The notes: generated by a model from the letters alone, not told the origin. A stretch of DNA of 64,000 bases from IMGVR_UViG_3300017991_000048:124001-188000, one strand, 5' to 3'. Shown: positions 18,355 through 27,990, numbered from the stretch's first letter. Numbers and translations: made by a program.

Positions 18355-21222
18355 TCACCTCTTTACATGAAACTTATCAATAATTGTTCCGTCTTTTAGG
18401 TAGCTACTTTCGAGTCCGGGAACAAGATATTGGGATTTTAATGTGCTGGCTTCATGCCCGACAGCTTTGGCTGTGTCCTCAAGAGCCTCTTTGAACTCAG
18501 CCTTGAGTTGGGTCTGACGTTCTTTACGGTCTGTGGGCAACTGTCCAGTTCTTACTTTCTTGAGCCTCTCTCGCATTTCATGGTTCGCGTGGAACCCCCT
18601 GATATCCTTGGCTGTGATTCCGAAAGGCTTCAGGTAAGCATTGACTTTCTCCGGTGTCACCCGACCGCTGTCCCACTGGAGAAGTCCCGCGCCGTTGTCT
18701 TTCATGGCATCATAAGCGTCCCGTAAGGCTTTTCGTATACTCTTGTCCGTGATTTTCTTCTCTTGTTTGACTCCTGACTTGCCCACGTACTTGATAAAGG
18801 CTGCGTCAGGCTGGAAACTCACGTGTTTACGTTTCCAGCCTGTGACGCCAAAATGACCGTCCTTGGCTGATAAGTCATTGCCCACTCGCTCATAGGTGTG
18901 ATCCATGAGAGCCACAGCGAGTGCTGTTCTTGCTATTTCCGGGTCTGAGGATCTAAGGTCTTTCTTAACTTTAGACCGGAGTTTCTTTATGGCTTGACCA
19001 AGCTTTTGGATACGTTCGGCTTTCTTACGGTTTCGATCGGCTACCTGACGTTCGGAGTAAACATATACCGTTGTCTTGCCCCCATCTTGAGAGGGAACCT
19101 GCTTCTTCTCTTTGTACTTGGCGGTCAGGTAGCGTTGAACAATTTGAGCAGCTATCAAAGTACGTCCTTTCAGACGGGCAAAAAGACGGTCCATCACAGG
19201 GCGAATCTCTGTATCAAAGCGTTCTTCTTCAACATAAGTGTCCGCGTCATAGCTCATTTGGGTAAGCCAGGGGTTAGAGATCCCGGCATCGATTAGCTTA
19301 TTATAAACGTACTGTTCGCACATACGCGCCCAGACTTCGGCGGTACTATGGTAATAGGTTAGCCTTCTATCATCGCCACCCATCATATTTTTGTACTGCT
19401 TTTGGACCTCTTCGTTTAATTCAGGTGGCAGTTCAGACCGGTACGCTGCCTCGTACATGGCATTATAGTAAGGGTGGTCCTTGGGTAAATCAAAATACTC
19501 CTTCCCCGTTAAGCTTTTGATCGCTTTTGGCATCGCCAAATCATAAGGTGAGCCGAGCTTGTCCTCCCACCTTTTGTAATCAGGCGTGGCTAATACAGCG
19601 TCAATAAATTCTACAAGCTCAGGAAATTCACTCTCATGTAGATAGTCTCGACGATACGCTAATGCCTCGCCTTCTCCAAGACGGCTCAACGGGACACCGG
19701 TCAGACCAAAGAGGTCACCAGGGCCACCTTTGATTCCCAACTCTTCTCGTTTCTTGGCTTGTTCAGGGTCTACTTGCTTTTGGATACGGTAAGCCAGTAA
19801 GTCTTCTAAGTAATGAGATAGCTCGTGGGCCAACAACCCCTCATAGTCATCACCAAATGTGACTCTGGGTTGCCACTCGCTTTTGTTATCCCAAACAAAA
19901 TAATGTGCCCTTGTCATGCCGCCTGAAAACTTATTGAATCGAAAGGCTAATTTTCTGTTATGTTTGCCGCAGAACCCTTTACCGAATACAGCTTCTAAAT
20001 CGGTTACGGCTCTAGACACGCGGCCAAGTATCTCTTTACGTTCCTCTTCTGTATAATCATGATCAAACTCTATATCGCCTGTGTCGTGCTTTACTTGAAA
20101 TTCCTCTTCAGTAACAGGTTCATATTGAAGCGGGACAAGAGGCTTCCCTTCTCGGACGGCTTTGTTTTTGGACGCTTGATCAATAATGGTATCAATGTCC
20201 TGGACCATCTCTCTCCCCACTATTTTACGTTCGACCGCTTCTTTAATGATCCGTTGCATTGTGGGAAAAGTTTTGGCTTTGCGTATAGAAGTAAGGAGTT
20301 TTTTCGTCTCACGGGGAAGTGTTTTGCGTGTTTTGTCAATACCTTCCCACCGCCCCACCTTGTTTATATATTCTTCGATCTTGAGGCGTGTAAATTCTGT
20401 GGGGCCGTCTGAATCAAGTTTAGCCTCACTGCGGAGTACCTTTTCAAGGGGAACTTCGTCCTTTCTTCTAATAATATTTAGGTTCGCACCGGCAATGTTT
20501 TGTACTTTTTGAAGACGTCTCGTGACATCTTTATAAGCTTCGAGACGTTCCTCTGGGTCGCTATCCTTATGTTTTTCCCAAACTTGATCTTGTTCAGCCT
20601 CAAGTTTATCAGCCAACTCTCTAAGGTTCTTTTTCTTGTCGGCTGGCATTTCGAACCAAGCGCCTGGATTGGCTGTCTCAGAGAGCGGGGCGTTTGGGGT
20701 CGGTAGCTTGATAACTTTACGGAATAAGGTTCGGAGTTTCGGAGGAATTGTTTTAACCTGGACAATAGTCTCCAGGAACTCTTTGACATCCCGCCCTTCT
20801 GTGCTGTCGAGGTTCCGGGCTATGTAGATGACTCTGAACAACTTGGGGTCGTCAATATCACGATAAGAGAGGTTTCTCAGCCCTCTGAAAGCAAGAGCCA
20901 ACTGCCGCAGAGCCTGTTGTTCCTGTCTTACATTCAAAGCGCCAATGGCTCGTAATGGTCTGATCGCAGGTTTTACAGCAGGGCCAAACCGCCCCTCTTC
21001 AAAAGCGTCTGCGAGGTCTAGACAGGCTTTGACAAAATCTGCATGAAAAGTTTTACGCAGTTGCAAATACTTTTTGATCTCGCTCTCATCGAAGAAAGGG
21101 TTGGTGACAATATAGTTTTGGGCCAACAGCATCGCGATACCGGCTGTTACGATTTCCAGGGTTTCTTCAGAATAAGCCGCTGTTAGATACCGGCCTACTA
21201 CGTTTTCAGAACGTGAAAGCAC
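18355..21222 (-). CDS. LPD1-like (HExxH) domain fused to DNA topoisomerase IB
   Basis: AHELSHYLED and YYHSTAEVWARMCEQY (LPD1-like). C-terminal ~250 aa carry topo IB catalytic residues: ERVGN, YVGKSG, VNAYLK..ITAKDIR, VGH, SQYL. Confidence 0.8.
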   Translation of the reverse strand: MLSRSENVVGRYLTAAYSEETLEIVTAGIAMLLAQNYIVTNPFFDESEIKKYLQLRKTFHADFVKACLDLADAFEEGRFGPAVKPAIRPLRAIGALNVRQEQQALRQLALAFRGLRNLSYRDIDDPKLFRVIYIARNLDSTEGRDVKEFLETIVQVKTIPPKLRTLFRKVIKLPTPNAPLSETANPGAWFEMPADKKKNLRELADKLEAEQDQVWEKHKDSDPEERLEAYKDVTRRLQKVQNIAGANLNIIRRKDEVPLEKVLRSEAKLDSDGPTEFTRLKIEEYINKVGRWEGIDKTRKTLPRETKKLLTSIRKAKTFPTMQRIIKEAVERKIVGREMVQDIDTIIDQASKNKAVREGKPLVPLQYEPVTEEEFQVKHDTGDIEFDHDYTEEERKEILGRVSRAVTDLEAVFGKGFCGKHNRKLAFRFNKFSGGMTRAHYFVWDNKSEWQPRVTFGDDYEGLLAHELSHYLEDLLAYRIQKQVDPEQAKKREELGIKGGPGDLFGLTGVPLSRLGEGEALAYRRDYLHESEFPELVEFIDAVLATPDYKRWEDKLGSPYDLAMPKAIKSLTGKEYFDLPKDHPYYNAMYEAAYRSELPPELNEEVQKQYKNMMGGDDRRLTYYHSTAEVWARMCEQYVYNKLIDAGISNPWLTQMSYDADTYVEEERFDTEIRPVMDRLFARLKGRTLIAAQIVQRYLTAKYKEKKQVPSQDGGKTTVYVYSERQVADRNRKKAERIQKLGQAIKKLRSKVKKDLRSSDPEIARTALAVALMDHTYERVGNDLSAKDGHFGVTGWKRKHVSFQPDAAFIKYVGKSGVKQEKKITDKSIRKALRDAYDAMKDNGAGLLQWDSGRVTPEKVNAYLKPFGITAKDIRGFHANHEMRERLKKVRTGQLPTDRKERQTQLKAEFKEALEDTAKAVGHEASTLKSQYLVPGLESSYLKDGTIIDKFHVKR

Positions 21223-21225
21223 TTG

Positions 21226-21501
21226 TTATTTCTTCTGCTCTTCCTTCTCGCGCCTTTTAGTTTCTTGCACATCCTCTGGAGACATTTTGCGGATTGTGTA
21301 AAGCCCCATGGTCCGATTCTTTTTACGTCCTTTGGGCACAGGCTCAATTTCTATGTAAGGGATACCCCTCTTGTCCAAGTATACCCTGACCACTTTGGCT
21401 CGTTTGTTCTTAAACTTGCCAAAAAGGACGTAATCCCCTGGTTTAAAATGTGCCGTCAGAAACCGGGCAGCTACCCGGTCAGATGAGACTTTTCGGTCCA
21501 T
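21226..21501 (-). CDS. small SH3/KOW-like protein with N-terminal RVAARF tag
   Basis: SSDRVAARFLTA followed by FKPGDYVLFGKFKNKRAKVVRV. Confidence 0.6.
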   Translation of the reverse strand: MDRKVSSDRVAARFLTAHFKPGDYVLFGKFKNKRAKVVRVYLDKRGIPYIEIEPVPKGRKKNRTMGLYTIRKMSPEDVQETKRREKEEQKK

Positions 21502-21526
21502 ACTACCTTGAGCTAATAAATATGGA

Positions 21527-22501
21527 TTAACCCTTCAGGGCTTGTTCATACTCGCTCAATAAACGCTGGAATTCGGAGTAGGGGTCATAAAAAGTCTTAC
21601 CCGGCTCGAACTTTACGGCAAACCCCGCAGCTTGAGTGTGACCACCGCCGCCCTTAGATTTGCAGAACTGGCCACAGTTAAAATCCGTATGGGAGCGGGT
21701 TGAAAAGCTCAGGGTGGCAAGCTCATTTGAGTCTACCCCAATGTACTCAAAACCTACTACTAAGTCGGCTTCATCGTGGAGAGCCTCAGCCGCATCGCTG
21801 CTGTATCTGGCTCCAGGGAAAAGGACGACTCTGGTGCCGAATGGGGTTGTGAACCTGTGAGCACCCTCAACAGCCTTTTCAACATCCCGTTCCAAGCGCT
21901 CTACAAGGATCTGCCCCACTGCCCGTCGATAGTCCCACCAGTCACAAAATTCCCGTGAAAATATCGGCTTTGAACCTGCTATAGTTAGCCACCCCTCTTC
22001 TGGGAAAAACCGTAATGTTTCAGAAAGGATGCAAGCCTTTTTCCAGTCCGGGCTCTGTCTCTGCCACGTGTCACGAATTCCTGTCAGATAGGCTAGCTCC
22101 CGTGCAAGGGAGCACTCATACCGGTTGTCCTGCAAAGGTAACCAAACTTCGTGGAAGGCCAAGACCGCCCCGCAGACCCCCGGCTGGAACAGTTCGTCTC
22201 CGAATACCCCATTCTCCCCGAACGCCTCAACAATCGGCTGTGCTGTCTTATGGTGGTCCAGGATCAGAGCGCCAGCTTCTATGAATTCCTTGTACCTGCT
22301 AGGGTGTGGGGAAAAGTCGCAGAATAACATACCCGGCTCTGGTTCCAACTCCAGGTGCTCCGGGGTATCGTATTGAATGAACCGGACCTCTACATGAGGC
22401 AGTGCGTTTTTACAGAATATGGCAGACGCAAGGCCATCAGCACATGAAGCATGTGAGACGACGATCTTGACTGCATTTAGTTTGTCCGTTGCTAAAGGCA
22501 T
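21527..22501 (-). CDS. DHH/DHHA1 family phosphoesterase
   Basis: HASCADG, FCDFS, LDHHKT, RDTW, STRS, GGGGHTQAAG. Confidence 0.88.
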   Translation of the reverse strand: MPLATDKLNAVKIVVSHASCADGLASAIFCKNALPHVEVRFIQYDTPEHLELEPEPGMLFCDFSPHPSRYKEFIEAGALILDHHKTAQPIVEAFGENGVFGDELFQPGVCGAVLAFHEVWLPLQDNRYECSLARELAYLTGIRDTWQRQSPDWKKACILSETLRFFPEEGWLTIAGSKPIFSREFCDWWDYRRAVGQILVERLERDVEKAVEGAHRFTTPFGTRVVLFPGARYSSDAAEALHDEADLVVGFEYIGVDSNELATLSFSTRSHTDFNCGQFCKSKGGGGHTQAAGFAVKFEPGKTFYDPYSEFQRLLSEYEQALKG

Positions 22502-22505
22502 GTCT

Positions 22506-22516
22506 ATATTACAGTT
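22506..22516 (-). promoter_or_regulatory. putative phage promoter variant AACTGTAATAT
   Basis: 4 nt before ATG 22501. Confidence 0.45.
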
Positions 22517-22531
22517 GAGCGCCCCGATCCT

Positions 22532-22759
22532 CTAGCCTATTAGATGATCCCAGAGAGTTTTTCTCGCGGCTCGCTTGAGAGGGATAATCAAAGTCGCTCC
22601 GTCAAGCATCTGATACAACAACTGTGTTTGTTCAGGATCAATCCAGGCACGATCAGCTTGACGAAGCGCCGTTAACCCTTCTGACGATACTCTTGACATA
22701 GGCACTGACATTTCAGGCTGATCGTGCCGGTCTTTAACTGTTTTCCATCCGGGCTTCAC
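22532..22759 (-). CDS. small hypothetical protein with C-terminal TLWDHL
   Basis: GTGA overlap; ends RKTLWDHLIG. Confidence 0.55.
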   Translation of the reverse strand: MKPGWKTVKDRHDQPEMSVPMSRVSSEGLTALRQADRAWIDPEQTQLLYQMLDGATLIIPLKRAARKTLWDHLIG

Positions 22760-23415
22760 AGGGCTTTCTTTTTCTCACGGATTCTATCCAGCAGTTCGTT
22801 TCGTAACTTCTGGCTCACGACCTGATCTCGCTGCTCTTTGGTCGAAGCATACCACTCATTCAGGGCTTCCAGGCTTTCAATGGATTCCAGTTCTTGTAAT
22901 AGCGACTGCTGAATGCCATCCTCCTGAAACTCAGCGGGTGGCTTTTTGAACTCCTGAGCCTCTTTGCCGGTCGCCGCTTCTGGCACCTCTTCCAGCTTAC
23001 TGGTAATTTCCGTGGCCTTTCTAGCCACGTCTATCGCCATTTCCAGGGCTTTCTGGGCCTTATCCTCTTGGGCCTTATCTTGTTCCATTATGGCGTTCAG
23101 AAGCAGCTTTAGGGCGTCCATGGCGGCAATAACAGCATTGTACTGGGCCTGTGTCTTTATTCCTGGTAACTGCTGGCGTAACAGGTTGACTATTGCATCT
23201 TCCGGTTCCGTCGATTTGGCTTCTGGTCCTTGTGCCACCTTCTTAAGTTCGCCCCAATCGAGCCACTCGTAATCTTTGGTCAACTCTCGCCAGAGGGCTT
23301 CATGTTCCGGACCGCCTACTTGAAGGGCGTGAATGGCCAGTCGTCTGACTTCCGCTTTCCACGCCTCTTCCCCTTTTGTTTCTCGGAACTGTCTCAGGTA
23401 TTGTGCAATTTCCAT
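22756..23415 (-). CDS. helical hypothetical protein
   Basis: 219-aa ORF in operon. Confidence 0.6.
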   Translation of the reverse strand: MEIAQYLRQFRETKGEEAWKAEVRRLAIHALQVGGPEHEALWRELTKDYEWLDWGELKKVAQGPEAKSTEPEDAIVNLLRQQLPGIKTQAQYNAVIAAMDALKLLLNAIMEQDKAQEDKAQKALEMAIDVARKATEITSKLEEVPEAATGKEAQEFKKPPAEFQEDGIQQSLLQELESIESLEALNEWYASTKEQRDQVVSQKLRNELLDRIREKKKAL

Positions 23416-23416
23416 A

Positions 23417-23704
23417 TTAGTGTAACTTTTCCTTGTCCTGTTTCAGGATCTCATAAAAGCGCTTCGACACACTCCGGATGTTAATCGGGGGTACACCGGC
23501 TGCCCTCAAGTGCATCTCGTAAAGTCCTTTGAGTAGCTGAGCGCCTGCCTCTCGGTCCTGCATAACCTTCAGGCAGGCGGAGCAGTAGTTCACTTCATCC
23601 GGGGCGCTATCCCCGATCGCTTTCTTTTCAGCGTCAGTCAGCGTGAAGGTTTCGCCAGTTGCATACGGCTTCTGGCATATGATACAAAGGATTTCTTCAG
23701 TCAC
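23417..23704 (-). CDS. Zn-finger hypothetical protein
   Basis: CIIC...YCSAC. Confidence 0.55.
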   Translation of the reverse strand: MTEEILCIICQKPYATGETFTLTDAEKKAIGDSAPDEVNYCSACLKVMQDREAGAQLLKGLYEMHLRAAGVPPINIRSVSKRFYEILKQDKEKLH

Positions 23705-24299
23705 TAAAACGATCTTTCATGTATTGGAAGCCCAGGTTTCCGACTTCCAAGGTTTCGGATTCCAAAGCTTCACTCAGAAGGATGGCCTCTGATAGAGGCA
23801 TGAGAACTTGTGCCGTTTCGAGACGTTCCAACTGATTTTGAAGGTTAATATTGAACTCTATGACGATCTCTGAGCCCTGTGTCAATCTTATGTTTTCGCT
23901 CAACTCATGGGGATGGCACAAAAGAGGATCGCCGGTTGAGAACGTAGCTCGACAATATAGCGGTCTTCTCTCGTATGCGACACACAACTTTTCTTCCAGC
24001 AGTGGGCATGGAATGTTGCTCAGTAGCCAAATGTCGAAGGACAACTTCAATGTTTTGTCCCGATCTGCTTTGAGCTTTTTCTGGAGAGAAGGCGTCCATT
24101 TACCACGCGCAGTCAAATGTCGATACAACAACAGCCCTTCAAGTATTGTGATGAGAAAAGGGTGGTGGCAGCAATAAGAGCAGCCTTTTGAACAGCTAAG
24201 AAGATTGGACCCCTGTCGCAACTGCTGCTCAAACTCTTGCCCCATCTGAGTTTGAAGAGCCTTGGTTTCGGCTAAAGCTTTCTCAAATGGAAGTTTCAT
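23697..24299 (-). CDS. YkgJ / CxxCxxCC Fe-S cluster family protein
   Basis: CSKGCSYCC and CPLL....C.AYERRPLYCR. Confidence 0.85.
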   Translation of the reverse strand: MKLPFEKALAETKALQTQMGQEFEQQLRQGSNLLSCSKGCSYCCHHPFLITILEGLLLYRHLTARGKWTPSLQKKLKADRDKTLKLSFDIWLLSNIPCPLLEEKLCVAYERRPLYCRATFSTGDPLLCHPHELSENIRLTQGSEIVIEFNINLQNQLERLETAQVLMPLSEAILLSEALESETLEVGNLGFQYMKDRFSD

Positions 24300-24793
24300 T
24301 CGTCTTCCAATAGATGGTCGTACAGGTTGGCGGAAGTCCTCTCCGGTGGCGGTCTTTCTCTCACTATCCTCTTCTGGCTCATTGGCTGAAAGTCTCTCGG
24401 TACTTTTATGGGAAAGTTCACCTCCCTGGTGAAAACCTGATACCGGAGAATAAGCTGATCACCGAAGCCCAACCGCAGTTCAGGGTTTAGGTAAAGCGTC
24501 CCGCCTATCTGGAATTCATCAATCTTGGCCCAGTCCAGGAGCCATTTTAAAATGACAACACCCCCAGAGGACGGCCTGTGGACTTCCAGCAACCGTCCTT
24601 TCCTTGGGGGTGTTGTAATAGCAGGCCAATCGCGGAGCGGGTTGCAGGGAATCGGGCAATCCGCTTCCACGCCTAGTATCTGTTTTTCTCTGTCCTGGGA
24701 TTCGATAAACGCCGTATCCGTAGCTGGATCTATTTTATGTACCAACCACAGCTTGGATTGTCGTTGTATCAAATCTCCAGTTTGGATTGCCAT
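24296..24793 (-). CDS. hypothetical protein with C-terminal NLYDHL
   Basis: Ends SANLYDHLLEDE; ATGA overlap. Confidence 0.55.
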   Translation of the reverse strand: MAIQTGDLIQRQSKLWLVHKIDPATDTAFIESQDREKQILGVEADCPIPCNPLRDWPAITTPPRKGRLLEVHRPSSGGVVILKWLLDWAKIDEFQIGGTLYLNPELRLGFGDQLILRYQVFTREVNFPIKVPRDFQPMSQKRIVRERPPPERTSANLYDHLLEDE

Positions 24794-24796
24794 TGC

Positions 24797-25741
24797 CTAA
24801 GAAGAAGGAATGCCAAGATCCTTAGGGTCCATGCCCAACTCAGAAAACATATCATCAGCCGGGGTTGAGCCAACGTCTATGGGTTCTGAAGAAGCGACAA
24901 CGGGTTCCTCCGTAGTAGTCGTCTCTGGTTCAGAAGTTTGAGCTTCTGGAGCTTCTGGTTCCGAAGGCGTGACTGTCTGCTCTGGGGCGGTCTTTACCTC
25001 AGTTGGAGTCGTCTCCTTGACAGTCTCTGGAGCCGTCTCCTTACGCTCTTTTGGGGATTTTGTCCCTTTCCGTACCCAGTCAGCAACCTTGAACCGACCA
25101 CGATCAACCGTTACGAAAATCTTGGCCTTTACAGGGTTACCGTTCTTGTCCTTGACAGTCTTACCTTTGTCGTCCACCTCGTTCGGGGCATCCTTACCAC
25201 CTCGCGCCCCACTGAAAATTGAACTCATGTAAGCTGGAAGATTGTTGCTTGGCGGAGCTTCACCTCTCTCTTCGAGAGCCGCTGCTATATCACGAGCGCC
25301 CATGACCTTTGCTCCCATTATGCGAATAATAGTCTCCGTCAAAGTTAGGCCACCCTTACGGGCGTTTGCGCCTTTCTTTTTCGCGTTGGTCTTGGTGCTC
25401 TTCTTTTTGCTATTACCGCCTGTCTTACGTGCTGACACAGCTTTACGTGCCGCTGGAGCCTTGGCAGGTGGTTTCGGTTCTGGCTTCTTCTCACCGATCA
25501 GCAGCGTTTCAGCTTCCTGCTTGACCTCCGCATATTCAGCGGCGGCTGCATCATACTCAGACTGCGCTACAGCGAGAGCTTTATCAGCTACATCCAGGCG
25601 TCCCTTTGCCTCTTTGAGAGCGGCTTGGACGATGCCCTTAAATTGGCCCTGTAATGTCAGGACCGCTTTTCGTAGCTGGTCTTTGGCTGTGGCGGGTTTC
25701 TTCTTTGCCGGTGCAGCCTTTTTACGTCTTCTATTTCCCAT
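24797..25741 (-). CDS. coiled-coil + winged-HTH-like putative DNA-binding protein
   Basis: AGGAG SD before ATG 25741 (MGNRRRK); basic linker; LTLTETIIRIM...MGARDIAAALEERG...F..VDRGRF; acidic tail. Confidence 0.55.
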   Translation of the reverse strand: MGNRRRKKAAPAKKKPATAKDQLRKAVLTLQGQFKGIVQAALKEAKGRLDVADKALAVAQSEYDAAAAEYAEVKQEAETLLIGEKKPEPKPPAKAPAARKAVSARKTGGNSKKKSTKTNAKKKGANARKGGLTLTETIIRIMGAKVMGARDIAAALEERGEAPPSNNLPAYMSSIFSGARGGKDAPNEVDDKGKTVKDKNGNPVKAKIFVTVDRGRFKVADWVRKGTKSPKERKETAPETVKETTPTEVKTAPEQTVTPSEPEAPEAQTSEPETTTTEEPVVASSEPIDVGSTPADDMFSELGMDPKDLGIPSS

Positions 25742-25903
25742 TTTATTTGGTTCTCCTTTTCCATTTGATACTAGGCTTCTGCCCGTCCCTTTTACATATA
25801 CACCTTTAATCGGTGTTTTGAATCTAACTTCTTTTAAAGTTACACGCAATTAAATTAGGTAAGATTCTGAATTTAGGTCTTAGCGTGTAAATAGTTAGAA
25901 TCG

Positions 25904-26149
25904 TTATGATTCTTTGGTGTTAGGAAATTCCCGGTCCAAATCTACCTCATGGATAATGCCGAGTCTCCGGAGGTGCTGCTCTACCTGATTCGAACTTAAG
26001 GCTTTGCGTAATCCCTCAACTCTCCGGTCTTGACTCTTCTCGGCCCTCAGGATTGCTTGGCGTAATAACTTCTTCCAGCCGTCCTGACGGGTCGGCGGCT
26101 GAATCTGACGTTGAGATCTCTGCGGTTTCTGAATTAGGTGTACGGGCAT
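25904..26149 (-). CDS. hypothetical protein
   Basis: GAGG SD; overlaps the 3' end of 26016..26474 by 134 nt. Confidence 0.45.
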   Translation of the reverse strand: MPVHLIQKPQRSQRQIQPPTRQDGWKKLLRQAILRAEKSQDRRVEGLRKALSSNQVEQHLRRLGIIHEVDLDREFPNTKES

Positions 26150-26474
26150 TTTCTACCTCATTCAATAATCGGGCTTCTATCGAAAGAACCTGATCTAAGG
26201 GGATATCCATCCCGGTTGCAAACAGCCGTAAAAAGACTTGGCGTTGTGTTTCCAGCATGTTCCGTAAGGCTGTGTTCTCAGCTTCGGCCTTTTGTAACGC
26301 TTCGTTTGCAGCTTCCAACTGGATCATCAATTGGTCAATCTTTTCAAGCTCTGGCTTGATCCGTTGAGCCAGTTCAACGACCTCTTGGAGAGGTCCAAGT
26401 GCCGAAAGAATCTGGGTCAACTCTTTTGGTACAGGCTTTTTCTTCTCTTTCGCTCTACGGGTAGCTCGATTCAT
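26016..26474 (-). CDS. coiled-coil hypothetical protein
   Basis: GAGGA SD; MNRATRR start; heptad pattern. Confidence 0.55.
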   Translation of the reverse strand: MNRATRRAKEKKKPVPKELTQILSALGPLQEVVELAQRIKPELEKIDQLMIQLEAANEALQKAEAENTALRNMLETQRQVFLRLFATGMDIPLDQVLSIEARLLNEVENARTPNSETAEISTSDSAADPSGRLEEVITPSNPEGREESRPES

Positions 26475-26480
26475 TATTCC

Positions 26481-26879
26481 TCATTGAGAGAAAGGCGGCT
26501 GCCCACGAAAGACTGCATAGAACGGGATTGAGCCAGGATTGTTAGGCTGATTGAATTGTGCCTGTTCTGCGTCCATCCGCTCCACTACCGGGAGCCGTGG
26601 GGTGGTCCTGGCCAGTTCTAACAGGTGAGGGTCGGAGGTAATTCTTATCAGGTCTTGACGGGCTTTCTCGTCACGCTGGAGAATGTATATAATCTGACAA
26701 TCTTCCAGAGTATCAAGCATACAGACCCCTGGAGCATCCCCATCGGAAGGGCCGTCACCTCTTTCCACCCAAACATTGTCCGAGCCGGGAACGTACAAAT
26801 CACATCGGCTGGTGGGTGCTTCACATTCAGGCAGTTCAGGGCAGACACACGGGGAAGTTTGACAGCTAACACAAGACAT
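26481..26879 (-). CDS. Cys-rich hypothetical protein
   Basis: GAGGTG SD; N-terminal CVSC..PCVC. Confidence 0.55.
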   Translation of the reverse strand: MSCVSCQTSPCVCPELPECEAPTSRCDLYVPGSDNVWVERGDGPSDGDAPGVCMLDTLEDCQIIYILQRDEKARQDLIRITSDPHLLELARTTPRLPVVERMDAEQAQFNQPNNPGSIPFYAVFRGQPPFSQ

Positions 26880-26905
26880 TTTTCACCTCTTAACTAAGCC
26901 GATTC

Positions 26906-27163
26906 TTAGGAGGATAACCAATCTGCCCGGAATATGATAGTGTGGGAGTGCTCTTTTTGACATTGGAGGTCCATCCGCGCATAAAGAAACGGCACTCTAC
27001 GCCTCAGAGCGTGAGCGAAGACTTCGATTTCCTTCTCACATTCAGGGCAGCGAGCATCACGCAGACGCTTTAGCATAGCGTCTACATTAGCTACTGCAAT
27101 GGCTGACTCGACCTCTTCGTCGGTTAGATCTTCTGAATCATCTTCAAGTTCTGGAATAAACAT
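26906..27163 (-). CDS. small Zn-finger protein
   Basis: CPEC...CQKEH. Confidence 0.5.
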   Translation of the reverse strand: MFIPELEDDSEDLTDEEVESAIAVANVDAMLKRLRDARCPECEKEIEVFAHALRRRVPFLYARMDLQCQKEHSHTIIFRADWLSS

Positions 27164-27984
27164 TATGTCGTATCACGTCTTTCGGGGGATAGCTTTTCAT
27201 CCCCGGCATAACAATAGGAACAGTTGTAAGCACATGCTTCATTGATTGTAAAAGGATCAACCATTTTGACACAGCCGCATTCTTCAGTAAGTAAAGGCTT
27301 AGTATCTGTCACGTGATCCCAAAGGTTTCGGTTTATAAAATCAGTTTCCGGGACACAAACCCCCGTCGAGAATAAACCATTCGCTTCTACTAAATCTTGA
27401 TCGTCAGCGCACAGAAAAAGCTGTATCTTACACTTCACAGCCTGTTCTGTCATTTTGTTCAGTATCTCTATTTTCTCTTCGGTAGAACGTGTCTCTGGCA
27501 CCCGGTCATTTTCCTGGAGAAAAGACACATACACGCTCTTTATCCCGGCTCTAACAGCGTAGGAAAGAAGGTCATAGAATCGCGAAAGTACGCTATGAAA
27601 TGGCAACAAGGGAACGGGGCTGAACCGCCAATAGACTTTCTCAAATGTTTCAGAGGCTTGAGACATTAGAATCCCGGCTTGTGTGCTATTTGGTGGGCCG
27701 TCCTCCGCTTCCGTCCATCCGGTAGCGGTCATTTGCACGACCACATTGTAAGGTTCCAGAAGTTTACTACTTTTAATCAAATTCGTAGGATCTTTGGTCC
27801 AGAAAACAAGCCCTAATGTATCTTTGGGGTCCAGGGACCAGATCTCAGGTACGGCTGTTTGAGGGTCAAAAGCCGTCATTTTCCCGGCCAATAGGCGGTC
27901 TATAAACCAGTCCCATTTCCCGGCACAAACATCAGTCCACCGGGAAAGGCTATATGGAAGCCGGGATATGACACCACTCCGCAT
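27163..27984 (-). CDS. DUF1848-like (radical SAM-related) protein
   Basis: SLSRWTD, VFWTKDP, WRFSPV, LCAD, CGC and terminal CAYNCSYCYA. Confidence 0.8.
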   Translation of the reverse strand: MRSGVISRLPYSLSRWTDVCAGKWDWFIDRLLAGKMTAFDPQTAVPEIWSLDPKDTLGLVFWTKDPTNLIKSSKLLEPYNVVVQMTATGWTEAEDGPPNSTQAGILMSQASETFEKVYWRFSPVPLLPFHSVLSRFYDLLSYAVRAGIKSVYVSFLQENDRVPETRSTEEKIEILNKMTEQAVKCKIQLFLCADDQDLVEANGLFSTGVCVPETDFINRNLWDHVTDTKPLLTEECGCVKMVDPFTINEACAYNCSYCYAGDEKLSPERRDTT

Positions 27985-27990
27985 ACCCTA

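Noticed and set aside
25242-25853. 203-aa plus-strand ORF
   Set aside because: Antisense shadow of the K/A-rich 24797-25741 gene.
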